In this document: piece after piece, positions 37,446-48,200 of the stretch
Layout: each line of letters opens with the position of its first letter
Numbering within the stretch: position 1 is the stretch's first letter
Origin: Pseudomonadota bacterium
GTDB taxonomy: Bacteria > Pseudomonadota > Gammaproteobacteria > Pseudomonadales > Alcanivoracaceae
DNA length: 64,000 nucleotides
NCBI GenBank assembly: GCA_036230225.1
Contig: JAZAJX010000054.1
Span: forward strand, 340-64,339
Direction of reading: 5' to 3'
Notes under the pieces: generated by a model
Told to the model about the DNA's origin: nothing
The model's input: the letters and a program-made list of their open reading frames with translations, nothing else
The model's database searches: none
Program-made: the position numbers and the translations under genes

Positions 37446-37931
37446 TCAATGTGTTGCCTGTTGGCGCGGCGGTTCTTGTTGATGGATGCTCAGGATCAGC
37501 TGGTCTTCCAGGGCAAAGCGATCTTCCAGCGTCTGCATCAACTGGGTGATGCGTGCGGGCAGTTGGTCCCGTCGTGACATCCACTGTTCCGGCCGCTCGA
37601 AGTCCTCGTTAAAAGCCAGGGCCGCATCCGTGGAGTTGTCCAGTTGCTGGAGAATCTGGTGGGTCAGAGCCGGGTTGTCGCGGTGGAAATGACGGGCCTC
37701 ATTGACCAGTTCCCGGTACACCTCGAAGTAACCGGCACTGATGTAGTCCATCAACAGCTGGCAGAAATATTGAACCTGTTTCTGCAACGGCTGGCGAGGG
37801 TCTGACAAGCCCTTCAGTCCCTGCAGGGTACAGAGCAGTACGATCAGTTGCTGACGTTCATCCAGCCAGGCTTGTACCAGTGCCTCGATGCGTTGCCATT
37901 GGGCCAGGGCTGCGGAATGCGGGGTCGCCAT
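37446..37931 (-). CDS. rsd: Rsd/AlgQ anti-sigma70 factor
   Basis: WLDERQQLIV, FCQ.L.DYISAGYFEVY and RFALEDQLI motifs. Confidence 0.9.
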   Translation of the reverse strand: MATPHSAALAQWQRIEALVQAWLDERQQLIVLLCTLQGLKGLSDPRQPLQKQVQYFCQLLMDYISAGYFEVYRELVNEARHFHRDNPALTHQILQQLDNSTDAALAFNEDFERPEQWMSRRDQLPARITQLMQTLEDRFALEDQLILSIHQQEPPRQQATH

Positions 37932-38126
37932 GGGGGTTCCTCCTTGGAATACCCGTTACCGGTTTTCTTGTGGGGATATCGAGCCTAGAACTGCAGAGGG
38001 CGGGCTGGCAATGGGGCAAAACCGGCACCCGCCCTGGGAGGAAGAAAAAACTGCGCGATCTCAGACACTTGTCGCTAAAGACAAATTTCTTCTAATAACC
38101 CGGTGTTTAAAACCTATGTCCGGGGC

Positions 38127-38216
38127 GGGAACCGCTGAATCCCCGTTTGCACGCTTCAGGTCACGCTGCCTCTTTAGGCTCGCGAGCACGCAAAGGGGGA
38201 TTCAGCGGTTCCCTAG
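38127..38216. mobile_element. Internally deleted copy of the IS5-like MITE
   Basis: GGGAACCGCTGAATCCCC...GGGGATTCAGCGGTTCCC-TAG; shares GCACGCTTCAGG.CACGCTG with 18079-18098. Confidence 0.75.
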
Positions 38217-38938
38217 AGGAACTGGGCCACCCAGGGCCATAGCCAGGGCAGCGCCATGGCGGTGACCAGGCCACACAGGCCCAGAGCCAGCCCGGCAAAG
38301 GCGCCGGCTTTCTCGCCATATTCAAAGGCCCTGGCGGTGCCGATGGCGTGGGCCACCAGGCCCAGCGCGAACCCCTTGATGCGATGGTCGGTGACCTTGA
38401 GCAGCCGGAAGATGGGCCCGGCAGCCAGGGCACCGACAATGCCGGTGATGGCCACGGCGCCCGCGGCCAGGGACACGTAGCCGCCGGTGGATTGGACTAC
38501 CTCCACGGCGATGGGCGTGGTGATGGATTTGGGGGCCAGGGAGCCGACCACTTCGGCCGGCGCACCCAGCCACCAGGCCAGGCCCACGGCAATGGCGGCG
38601 GAAATGATGGCACCCAGTACGGTGGCGATCAGGATCGGTGTGAGCACGCTGCGTACCGTGTGCAGTTGCCGGTACAGCGGCCAGGCCAGTGCCACGGTGG
38701 CAGGGCCTAGCAGGAAGGAAATCAGGGTGGTCTGTTGTCGGTATTCTTCATAGTTCACGCCCACCAGCGGCAGCACGATAATCACCGGGATCGACGCCAC
38801 CAGAAAAGGGTGGAACAGGGGCAGGCTGTTGCTGCGGCCATAGACCCACAGGGCAAAGCGGTAACTGGCCAGGGTCAGCAGGATGCCGAACAGCGGTGTG
38901 TGGACCAGGCCTGTGAGGCTATCCAGTCTATCCACCAT
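38213..38938 (-). CDS. lrgB: LrgB family protein
   Basis: LGPATVALA.PLY, PKSITTPIA and HAIGTARA motifs. Confidence 0.92.
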   Translation of the reverse strand: MVDRLDSLTGLVHTPLFGILLTLASYRFALWVYGRSNSLPLFHPFLVASIPVIIVLPLVGVNYEEYRQQTTLISFLLGPATVALAWPLYRQLHTVRSVLTPILIATVLGAIISAAIAVGLAWWLGAPAEVVGSLAPKSITTPIAVEVVQSTGGYVSLAAGAVAITGIVGALAAGPIFRLLKVTDHRIKGFALGLVAHAIGTARAFEYGEKAGAFAGLALGLCGLVTAMALPWLWPWVAQFL

Positions 38939-39299
38939 GGTGTTCCCCCGGGGATTCGCGGTGCTTGCCGCCCAGCAGCTTCTTCAGCATCAGGGTGACC
39001 ACCACCAGGCTCAGCAGGGTGCCGATTACCACGGCGACCCCAAGCGCCAGGGCATACTCTTCATAACGATGCCACTGCAGGACGATGCCGACCCCCAGCG
39101 GGAAAATCAGCAAACTGATGTGCTTGATCAGTGCGCCGGCCGCTGGCGCCACTCGCTGGCTGAAGGGGGCGTTGAGCAGCAGGGCCAGCAACAGCAAGAC
39201 CATCCCGACCACCGAGGCGGGCAGGGGAATCCCGGTGAGGCGTATGACCACCTCACCCAGGAACTGGAAAAAAAGCAGAATCAGCAGGCCGTCGATCAT
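38928..39299 (-). CDS. CidA/LrgA holin-like protein
   Basis: Q.LGE, PLPASVVGM and LL.FP.GVG motifs. Confidence 0.9.
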   Translation of the reverse strand: MIDGLLILLFFQFLGEVVIRLTGIPLPASVVGMVLLLLALLLNAPFSQRVAPAAGALIKHISLLIFPLGVGIVLQWHRYEEYALALGVAVVIGTLLSLVVVTLMLKKLLGGKHRESPGEHHGG

Positions 39300-39306
39300 G
39301 GTGCGA

Positions 39307-39813
39307 TCAGACCCTGGGCAGTGGGCGGAACAACTGGATCAGAGCAACCAGTAACAGCCCGGAGAAAACCACCAGTGACCAGGCTGGCAGGCTCAGACCG
39401 AGGAATGACCAGTCCATTTCCGCGCATTCCCCGGAGCCGGCCAGCACCTGCTGGATCACGTTCTGCAGCGGAAACACATCCAGCATGTAATTCAGACCGG
39501 GCCCGCAAGCGGGCACCTGGTCCGCCGGCAGGTTCTGCAGCCAGATATGGCGGATGGAGACGGCGCCCCCGCCGATGGCAGCCAGCCCGGTGAGCAGCCC
39601 GTAAACACGAACCCCCAAGCGTTTGGGGCCGTGCAGGCTGGCCACCAGCAACACGGCGGCGGCGGCCATTACACCGATACGCTGGAAGATACACAGCGGG
39701 CAGGGTTCCAGACCATCCACATGCTGCAGATACAGAGCGCCGGCCATGGCAGCGATACAGGCAATCAGGGCAAGCAGGTTAAGCTGGCGGGGAGCAGGAA
39801 TCAGGGACGACAT
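39307..39813 (-). CDS. dsbB: Disulfide bond formation protein B
   Basis: [14 protein letters not shown] and GSGEC motifs. Confidence 0.95.
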   Translation of the reverse strand: MSSLIPAPRQLNLLALIACIAAMAGALYLQHVDGLEPCPLCIFQRIGVMAAAAVLLVASLHGPKRLGVRVYGLLTGLAAIGGGAVSIRHIWLQNLPADQVPACGPGLNYMLDVFPLQNVIQQVLAGSGECAEMDWSFLGLSLPAWSLVVFSGLLLVALIQLFRPLPRV

Positions 39814-39903
39814 GATGCACTCTTTTCGTCGGGGACCGGCGAAGGGTAGGCAAAAGCCGTCGGGGCGGCAAGCATGAGAAGCCAGAATGCAGAAAGACGG
39901 GGG

Positions 39904-40095
39904 TCAGGCCTGGCGCGCGTCCTGCTCCTGCAGGTTGCGGTCATGCCAGGCGTCAATGCCGGCTTCCCAGCCCTGAAACCACCATTGTGCCAGGGCGTCG
40001 TCTGCGTTGTAGGGGCAGCGGTTGCTGTCTCCGCCACCCATGCCCCACATGCAGCCCTGATTGTAGGCTTTTTCGCACTTTTCACGATCAGCCAT
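39904..40095 (-). CDS. Ribosome modulation factor-like protein
   Basis: A..QG..G..G....CPY......W..GW..G pattern; AGGGAG RBS. Confidence 0.7.
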   Translation of the reverse strand: MADREKCEKAYNQGCMWGMGGGDSNRCPYNADDALAQWWFQGWEAGIDAWHDRNLQEQDARQA

Positions 40096-40387
40096 GCTGT
40101 CACTCCCTAACCGGTTACTCCGAGACTATCACCGGGGCAGAGATCGGCTAGCGCTAAAGTCCGCATTTTTGTTGTGAAATTGCACGGAAACCGTGTCGCT
40201 GAGTGGCATTGCGACGCGGCGCACAGCGACTATGTGACAGCGGCAGCAGGGAGCCCGGGCGCCATGCCTTTGCGTGGGGGGGGCGGTTGGGCGACGGTGG
40301 AGGACAGTGGAATGACGAACCGCGCGTATCAAGTTGCGAGGCGCGACAGGCAAAAGCCATGTCGACCTCGCAACTCGACACTCGCTT

Positions 40388-41944
40388 TCAATCGCGGAAG
40401 TAATCCGCCAGGTAGTCTTCGAAGCTCTGGGTTTCTGCGTCTTCCCAGTGTCGTTGCTCGGTGAGGCTGTGAGCGGCCAGTTGCTCCAGACGCCGGTTGG
40501 TGTCATCGCAACGCTGACGGGACAGGAAGTGATCCCGGTGGGCCAGTGCCTGGTTCATGGCGAACTGGAAAAAGCTTTGCTGGCGGTTCTCCAGCTTGTC
40601 GAGAATCCGGGCTGACGGGGTGGCGTCAGGGTTATCCACCTTTTCCTGCTGGCGGGCCAGAGCGTCGCTGTAATTGCTGCCGCCATGGGTTCGGTCGAAC
40701 AGCTCGGCGATGGGCTGCATCTGCGTCAGCTTTTCACTGGCCCAGTCTTTCAGGGAAACGGCCTTTCCCCAGTTGCACAGTTCGGTGGCGGTATTACGCC
40801 CTTCGTACACCACCTTGCGCAGGTTTTCCTTGCTGGCATGGAGGTCGCACTTTTCCAGTTGCGGGGATTCGCGCAGCAGGCAGTAGGTGGCAAACAGGTC
40901 CAGGAAACGAATTTCCTGCTGGTTGATGCCTACCGGTTCAAACGGGTTGAGATCCAGGGCGCGGATCTCGATGTATTCCACCCCGCGTTTCTGCAGCGCG
41001 GTGGTGGGCCGTTCGCCCTTGTTGATGGTGCGCTTGGGGCGGATCGACGAGTAGTACTCGTTCTCGATTTGAAGGATATTGGCATTGAGCTGGCGGTAGT
41101 CATCGCCCACCTTCACGCCGATCGCTTCGTAGGCCGGTTCCGGCGTCTTGATGGCGTGGGTGAGGGTTTTGACGTACTCATCCAGGTTGTTATAGCTGAT
41201 TGCCAGAGACGATTGGGCGTTGTTCTGGTAGCCCAGGTCACTCATGCGCAGGCTGGTGGCATTGGGCTTGAACAGGGTGTGATCAAACGTATCAAGCTGA
41301 TGCTCGCGACCGGCGAGGAAGGATTTACATAACGCCGGCGAGGCGCCGAACAGGTACACCAGCAGCCAGGAATAGCGCTGGAAATTGCGGGTCAGATCGA
41401 AGTAGCGCCGGGAAATATAGTCTTGCAGTGGCGCACTGTCGCCTTCCAGTACCTGGTTCAGTTTCCAGAACTCTTCCGGGTAGGAAAAGTTGTAATGAAT
41501 GCCGGCGATGGTCTGCATCTTGCGGCCGTAACGATGCCCCAGTCCTTCCCGGTAGACGCTCTTCATGCGACCTACGTTGGAGCTGCCGTACTGGGCCACG
41601 GGCACATCGCTGTCGTTGCGGATCATGCAGGGCATGGAATTGACCCACAGCACCTCGTCCCCGATGTGGCTGTACACATAGCGATGCAGCTGCTCGAGAA
41701 ACTCCAGCGGCTTGTGCAGTTCGGTGCTGGGCGGGGTGATGAATTCCAGCAGGGCTTCGGAATAATCCGTGGTGATATAGGGATGGGTCAGTGCCGAGCC
41801 CAGCGCCGCGGGATGGGGGGTTTGGGCCAGGGTGCCATCGGTGGTGATGCGCAGGCTTTCTTTCTCGATGCCGCGGCGGATGCCTGCCAGGGTGGCGGCG
41901 GCGTCTGAATCCAGCAGGGCGTGGATACGCTGTTCAAGTTTCAT
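40388..41944 (-). CDS. gshA: Glutamate-cysteine ligase
   Basis: GIEKESLR, ITTDYSEALLEFITP, GIHYNFS and LQIENEYYS motifs. Confidence 0.96.
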   Translation of the reverse strand: MKLEQRIHALLDSDAAATLAGIRRGIEKESLRITTDGTLAQTPHPAALGSALTHPYITTDYSEALLEFITPPSTELHKPLEFLEQLHRYVYSHIGDEVLWVNSMPCMIRNDSDVPVAQYGSSNVGRMKSVYREGLGHRYGRKMQTIAGIHYNFSYPEEFWKLNQVLEGDSAPLQDYISRRYFDLTRNFQRYSWLLVYLFGASPALCKSFLAGREHQLDTFDHTLFKPNATSLRMSDLGYQNNAQSSLAISYNNLDEYVKTLTHAIKTPEPAYEAIGVKVGDDYRQLNANILQIENEYYSSIRPKRTINKGERPTTALQKRGVEYIEIRALDLNPFEPVGINQQEIRFLDLFATYCLLRESPQLEKCDLHASKENLRKVVYEGRNTATELCNWGKAVSLKDWASEKLTQMQPIAELFDRTHGGSNYSDALARQQEKVDNPDATPSARILDKLENRQQSFFQFAMNQALAHRDHFLSRQRCDDTNRRLEQLAAHSLTEQRHWEDAETQSFEDYLADYFRD

Positions 41945-42041
41945 GGTTGGGCCCTGTCGTGCCGCCGGGAGAACCCGGCGGCGGGTGTGACGGAAATCCG
42001 ACAATCATGGGGCAGTAGCATGACAGAGAGAAGTCACCGGG

Positions 42042-44387
42042 TCACAGGCGCTTCTTGCCTTTCTTCTGCTCATCCTTGGCCTTGGCGAACAGGTCCGCAA
42101 AGGTGCCGCCGCCATTGTTCTGGGGCTGACCACCGCCACGTTTGTTGCCACCCTGTCGCTGGCCACCCCCATTGCCCTTGCGGGCACCGGCCGGGCGCTG
42201 ACCGGCTGCCTTTTCGGCGGGCTGGTCGTCCATGCGCATGGTCAGGCTGATGCGCTTGCGGTCCAGATCCACTTCCAGCACCTTCACCTTGACGATGTCG
42301 CCGGGTTTGACCACATCGTGGGGGTCTTCCACAAACTTGTCGGCCAGGGCGGAGACGTGGACCAGGCCATCCTGATGGACGCCGATGTCCACAAAGGCGC
42401 CGAAGTTGGTCACGTTGGTCACCGTGCCTTCCAGAATCATGGAGGGCTTCAGATCCTTCAGGGTCTCCACGCCTTCCTTGAAGACGGCGGCCTTGAATTC
42501 CGGGCGCGGGTCGCGGCCGGGTTTTTCCAGTTCGCTGAGGATGTCGGTCACGGTGGGCAGGCCGAAGGTGTCGTCGGTAAAGTCGGCGGCGTTGACCTTT
42601 TTCAGGAAGGGCACATCACCGATCAGTTCCTTGAGCGGACGGCCATGCTTCTCGGCGATCTTTTCCACCACCGGATACGCTTCCGGGTGTACCGAGGAAC
42701 TGTCCAGCGGGTTGGCCGCATTCATGATGCGCAGGAAACCGGCGGCCTGTTCGAAGGTCTTGTCACCCAGGCGGGGGACCAGCTTCAGGTCAGCGCGGCT
42801 GGCAAAGGCCCCGTTCTTTTCCCGGTAGGACACAATGTTGCCGGCGATAGTGCTGTTGAGCCCGGCAATGCGGGCCAGCAGTGGGGCGCTGGCGGTGTTC
42901 ACGTCCACGCCCACGGAGTTCACACAGTCTTCCACCACCGCGTCCAGGGAACGGGACAGTTTTACCTGGCTGACGTCGTGCTGGTATTGGCCCACACCGA
43001 TGGCTTTCGGGTCGATTTTCACCAGCTCTGCCAACGGGTCCTGCAGGCGACGGGCGATGGACACCGCGCCGCGGAAGGAGACGTCCAGATCCGGGAATTC
43101 CCGGGCGGCGGTTTCCGAGGCGGAGTACACGGAGGCGCCCGCTTCGGAGACCATGATCTTCTGAATGTTGCCCTTGCTGGCCTTGACCACTTCGCCGGCT
43201 AGCTTGTCGGTCTCGCGGCTGGCGGTGCCGTTCCCTACGGCAATCAGTTCCACCTTGTGCTTGAGGCACAGGGCGGCCAGCACGGACAGGGACTGATCCC
43301 ACTGGTTCTTGGGCTGATGCGGGAAGATGGTGGTGTGTTCCAGCAGCTTGCCGGTGGCATCCACCACCACTACCTTGACCCCGGTGCGCAGACCCGGGTC
43401 CAGACCCATGGTGCACTTGGGCCCGGCGGGAGACGCCATCAGCAGGCTCTTCAGGTTGCGGGCAAACACCTGGATGGCTTCTTCTTCACCCAGTTCGCGC
43501 ACGCGGCCCAGCAGCTCGGTTTCCAGATGGGTGTTGAGTTTGATCTTCCAGGTCCAGCGCATCACTTCCTTGAGCCAGTTGTCGGCAGCGCGGCCCTGAT
43601 GCTCCCAGCCGGACACTGCGGTGACCATGGCTTCACAGGGATGCGGTACGGCGGTTTCCAGCTCTTCCGGCAGCACCATGGAGACATGCAGGATGCCTTC
43701 GTTGCGGCCACGGAACAGGGCCAGGGCCCGGTGGCTGGGGATGCTCTTGATGGTCTCGCTGTGGTCGAAGTAGTCGCTGAACTTGGCGCCTTCCTTTTCC
43801 TTGCCGTCGGCCACTTTCGACTGGATGTGGGCTTTCTCCCACAGGAAGGTCCGCAGACGGGTGAGCAGCTCGGCGTCTTCTGCGAAGCACTCCATGAGAA
43901 TCTGTTTGGCGCCGTCCAGAGCGTCCTTGGCGGTGGCGATCTTGTGCTCTTCGTTCAGATAGCCGCCTGCCAGCGCTTCCGGATCCTGGGTCGGATCATT
44001 GAGCAGGCTGTCGGCCAGAGGCTCCAGGCCAGCTTCCCGGGCGATCTGGGCGCGGGTGCGACGCTTGGGTTTGTAGGGCAGGTACAGGTCTTCCAGCCGG
44101 GTCTTGGTGTCGGCGGCCTTGATGGCCTTTTCAAGTTCCGGAGTGAGCTTGTCCTGCTCGGCGATGCTTTTCAGGATCGCTTCGCGACGTTCTTCCATTT
44201 CGCGCAGGTAGCGCAAGCGCTCTTCCAGGTTGCGCAGCTGGGTGTCGTCCAGACCACCGGTCACCTCTTTGCGGTAACGGGCGATGAAGGGGACGGTGGC
44301 ACCTTCGTCTAGCAGGGCAACGGCCGCGTTGACCTGGCGTTCCTGGCAGCCGATTTCCTCGGCGATAATCTGTTCAATACTACGCAT
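42042..44387 (-). CDS. tex: Tex family transcription accessory protein (S1 domain)
   Basis: [28 protein letters not shown] and C-terminal S1 domain. Confidence 0.95.
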   Translation of the reverse strand: MRSIEQIIAEEIGCQERQVNAAVALLDEGATVPFIARYRKEVTGGLDDTQLRNLEERLRYLREMEERREAILKSIAEQDKLTPELEKAIKAADTKTRLEDLYLPYKPKRRTRAQIAREAGLEPLADSLLNDPTQDPEALAGGYLNEEHKIATAKDALDGAKQILMECFAEDAELLTRLRTFLWEKAHIQSKVADGKEKEGAKFSDYFDHSETIKSIPSHRALALFRGRNEGILHVSMVLPEELETAVPHPCEAMVTAVSGWEHQGRAADNWLKEVMRWTWKIKLNTHLETELLGRVRELGEEEAIQVFARNLKSLLMASPAGPKCTMGLDPGLRTGVKVVVVDATGKLLEHTTIFPHQPKNQWDQSLSVLAALCLKHKVELIAVGNGTASRETDKLAGEVVKASKGNIQKIMVSEAGASVYSASETAAREFPDLDVSFRGAVSIARRLQDPLAELVKIDPKAIGVGQYQHDVSQVKLSRSLDAVVEDCVNSVGVDVNTASAPLLARIAGLNSTIAGNIVSYREKNGAFASRADLKLVPRLGDKTFEQAAGFLRIMNAANPLDSSSVHPEAYPVVEKIAEKHGRPLKELIGDVPFLKKVNAADFTDDTFGLPTVTDILSELEKPGRDPRPEFKAAVFKEGVETLKDLKPSMILEGTVTNVTNFGAFVDIGVHQDGLVHVSALADKFVEDPHDVVKPGDIVKVKVLEVDLDRKRISLTMRMDDQPAEKAAGQRPAGARKGNGGGQRQGGNKRGGGQPQNNGGGTFADLFAKAKDEQKKGKKRL

Positions 44388-44728
44388 CACGGACACAACA
44401 TTCAGAAATGAAAACGACCGGAATCATAGGGAATGAAACCGGTCGTTGATAGATTGACTTGTAAAAGCTGCTGTGGCTGGTTTCAGCCAGCCTGAATGTT
44501 TCACCAAATGCCATGCAGTAGGCGAGTGATAAAGTGCCGCCAGTGTGCTCAGGCAGCGCCGTGTCAGGCTGGGGGCCTTGCCAAGCTGTCTGGGCGCGCT
44601 GGCAGTGCTTTAGCGCTCGTCTAGTGCTTGGTAAGCGTGGCGCTGAAAGCATGGATCTGCTCCGGACGTCACGTTTGGCCTTGCAACACAGCACCATCGG
44701 CGGATTCAGGCGCGTTTTGGTGAAATAA

Positions 44729-45091
44729 TCAGCCTAGCACCTCGTTGATCTTGGCGATCAGTTCGGCTTCCTTGGGGGGCTTGATGATATAGCCCGCTGC
44801 ACCCTGGCGCTGGCCCCAGACCTTGTCGGTTTCCTGGTCCTTGGTGGTGACCAGGATTACCGGGATCTGCTCGGTGTCCGGATCGCGGGTGATTTTGCGG
44901 GTGGCCTGGAAGCCGTTCAGCTCGGGCATCACCACGTCCATGAGAATCAGGTCCGGTTTTTCCTGGCGGGCCTTCTCGATCCCTTCCATACCATTGGTGG
45001 CAGTAATGACCTCATGACCTTCGCCCTGAACGATCTTAACCAGATTGGTCAGTTGGGTCGGGGAGTCGTCCACCACAAGAATTTTGGCCAT
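44729..45091 (-). CDS. Single-domain response regulator (PilH-like)
   Basis: VDDSPT, MDVVMPELNGFQATR and TTKDQETDKVWG.RQGA motifs. Confidence 0.85.
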   Translation of the reverse strand: MAKILVVDDSPTQLTNLVKIVQGEGHEVITATNGMEGIEKARQEKPDLILMDVVMPELNGFQATRKITRDPDTEQIPVILVTTKDQETDKVWGQRQGAAGYIIKPPKEAELIAKINEVLG

Positions 45092-45237
45092 GTTGCTCTC
45101 CTCGCGCCGATACTGCGGATCGTCGGCGGTACTTTGTTTTTGTCGTTTCGTTCTACAGAGGCGAATAATAGCAGCCACTGTTCAAAAGGTAAGCTGTCGA
45201 ATTGCGGCAGTGTGGTGCCGCATCCGGTCACTCCGGC

Positions 45238-48200
45238 TTACCGGTTCAGGGTGTGGGCGGCCCGCCGCGACCACAGCAGGATTGGTAGCACAATAAGCGC
45301 AATAACCAGGGTCCACAGGGCTTGTGACCAGAAGGCGCTGGCTACGATTTGCCCTTCCTGCCCTGCCATAGGCGCCAGAGCCGAAACCACCAGGCTGCCA
45401 AAGCCTGTCACCAGCAGCCAATACTTGGCAGCCGCCAAGGCTTTCTCCCTACGCAGGAAGAAGAGCCACAGAAACGCTGCGCCAAAGGAAACCATTATGA
45501 AGCTGATCAGTCCCACCGGAACCAGTAATGGTAGCAGGCTAGTGCAGCATTGAGTGATCGCTACCAGGGCTCCTGCGAATTTTATCAGGATGACGAGTAG
45601 TAGCAGTGGTCCCAGGATCATCACCCACCACAGATGGCCGCCGAGCCCTTCGGGGCCGGGTTGCTGGCGGTAGTGGCTCGGATCAAAGCGCCATAGTCGC
45701 TGCGCCAGGGTACCCCAGTTGCCGGGGGCCAGGGTGTGGCCCAGTCCATGGAAGCGGTCTCGCTGTTCCTCGATGAGCATCAGCATGGCCGGCACCACCA
45801 GCAGGATCAGGGCGGTGCCGAAGAACAGCCCGAAGACAATGCTCACGGCCATGGGTTTGAGGAACTGGGCCTGCAGGGAACTCTCGAACAGGATCGGGGT
45901 GAGGCCGGCAATGGTGGTGATGGAGGTCAGCAGCACCGCGCGCAGGCGGCGCACACAGGCCTCCACGATGGCCTCGAAACGTTCCATGCCGTCAGCCACC
46001 AGCTGCTGGTAAAAGCTCACCAGCACGATGGAGTCGTTGACGATGATGCCGGACAGGCCGAACAGCCCCATGGCGGAAAACATGGAGAACTTGATGCCGA
46101 AGGGAGCGGTGAAGATATGCCCGATCACTGCTCCGGTGAGACCGAAGAAGATGGCGGTCATGATCGCCAGCGGCCAGGAGTAGGAACTGAACACCCAGGC
46201 CAGGACCACATAGATGATCGCCAGCCCCAGCAGGGCACCAGTGGCCATGTCTTTCATGTTGTCGGCCTGTTCCTGGAGCTTGCCTTCGTAACCGATGCCA
46301 ATGCCATATTTTGCCTGCAGGTCCGGCAGGATGCCGTTGTTCAGGGTGGCAATGATTTCATTGGCGTTGCCCTGGTCCGGGTCCAGATCCGCGTAGACGG
46401 TCACCGCCAGCTCACCGTTGACACGGCGCAGCAGATCCACGCCCTTGCGGGCGTCGAATTGCACCACATCGCGCAGGGGAATGGCTTCGCCCTGGGGGGT
46501 GATCACCGGCAGCCGCTCGATGGCGCTGAAGTGGCGGCGTTCGCTGTCGGGCAGCATCACCCGGACTTCGATTTCCTCGTCTTCCTCGTTGTAGAGCTGG
46601 GCCAGATTGCCATCGAAGGCGGCGCGCAGCTGGCTGGCCACGTCATTGAGGGTCAGCCCCAGGGCCCGGCCCCGGGCGGTCAGTTCGAAGGTGAGCTGCT
46701 CCTTGCCATAGGGGAGATCGTCGTCCACGTTGCTGACCCCGGCAAAGTCATTGAGCCGTTCCTGCAGGGCCAGGGATGCCTGCTTGAGGGTGGGGGCATC
46801 GCTGCCGGTGAGTTTGACCTCGATGGGCTTGCCCGGGGGGCCCGCTTCCGCCTGGGAGATGGTCAGCTGGTCCAGGCCGGCGGGCAGGGTGAGCTTGTCA
46901 CGCCACTGCTGAATCAGTTCGTCGTTGGTAATGTCCCGGTCCGAGCCCACATAGACTTCCACCACCAGGGTGCCGTACTCATCACCGAACTTGTCCTGGC
47001 GGCCGCCGATATTGGGGAAGCCGGCGGCGGCACCGTGGTGACTGATCACGGTCTTGACCAGATGGCCTCCCAGCTCCTCGTTGGTTTCTTCAAGGGTGTG
47101 TTCCAGCTGGCTGAGGAAACGGTCAACCTGACGGCTGTCGGTGCCGGAGGAAAATTCCACCACCGCACGTAGCTGGTCGCCGTCCACGGGTGGGAAGAAG
47201 GTGAACTTGAGCCAGCCCGTGGAGACCAGCGTCAGGGCCAGCACAAAGGCACAGACGGCAGAGATGCTCACCAGGTGCCGGTGGCGGATGGCCCAGGCCA
47301 CCAAGGGCCGGAAGCGTTCTTCACGGAATCGGTTGAAGCCGGTATCGATACGTTCGCGCAGGCCGGAGGCCTTGACCTGAACGCCGCGGAAGCTGTGATG
47401 CAGATGGCCGGGCAGTACCAGAAAGCATTCCAGCAGGGACGCCAGAATCACGCAGATCATCACGAAGGGAATATCGAAGGCGATCTTGCCCATGGCGCCG
47501 CTCATCATACCCAGGGGCAGGAAGGCGGCGATGGTAGTGGTGCTGGACGCTACCACTGGCCAGAACATGCGTCGGGCACCGCCGAGGGCCGCACGGGTGG
47601 CGGATTCCCCCTGCTGCAAGTGGGTGAGGGTGTCCTCGCCCACCACAATGGCATCGTCGACGATGATCCCCAGGGCCAGGATCAGACCGAACAGACTGAT
47701 CATGTTGATGGTGCCGCCCAGGAACCACACCAGCCCCAGGGTGGCCAGGAAGGAGACCGGGATACCGATCATCACCCACCAGGCCACCCGGGCATTGAGG
47801 AAAAAATAGAGGGTGGCAATCACCAGCAGCAGGCCGGAGATGCCGTTCCACAGCAGGGTGGAGATGCGTTCCTCCACCAGCTTCCAGGCTTCAAAGTAGA
47901 AGGTCATGCCCACACCGTCGGGCAGGCTGGTGCGAAAATCAGCGCCCCACTGGCGGACCCTGTCGGCGAGCTCCAGCATGTCGCCGTCTTCGCCGCGCAT
48001 CACCTGCAACTCGATGGCCGGGTTGCCCTGGTAGGTGAGCGTGGCCTGGTCGTCGCGGGGGCGCCGTTCGATCAGCGCCACATCTCCCAGGCTCAGTTGC
48101 TGGCCATCGGCGGTGGTGAGCAGAGGCAGGTCGGCAAAGGCCCGTTCGTCACGACGCTGGCCCAGGGCGCGCAGCTGTTTCGCTGCGTCATCGCGGCCCA

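Noticed and set aside
38213-39299. cidA/lrgB as a prophage lysis cassette
   Set aside because: Standard chromosomal pair; no phage genes nearby.
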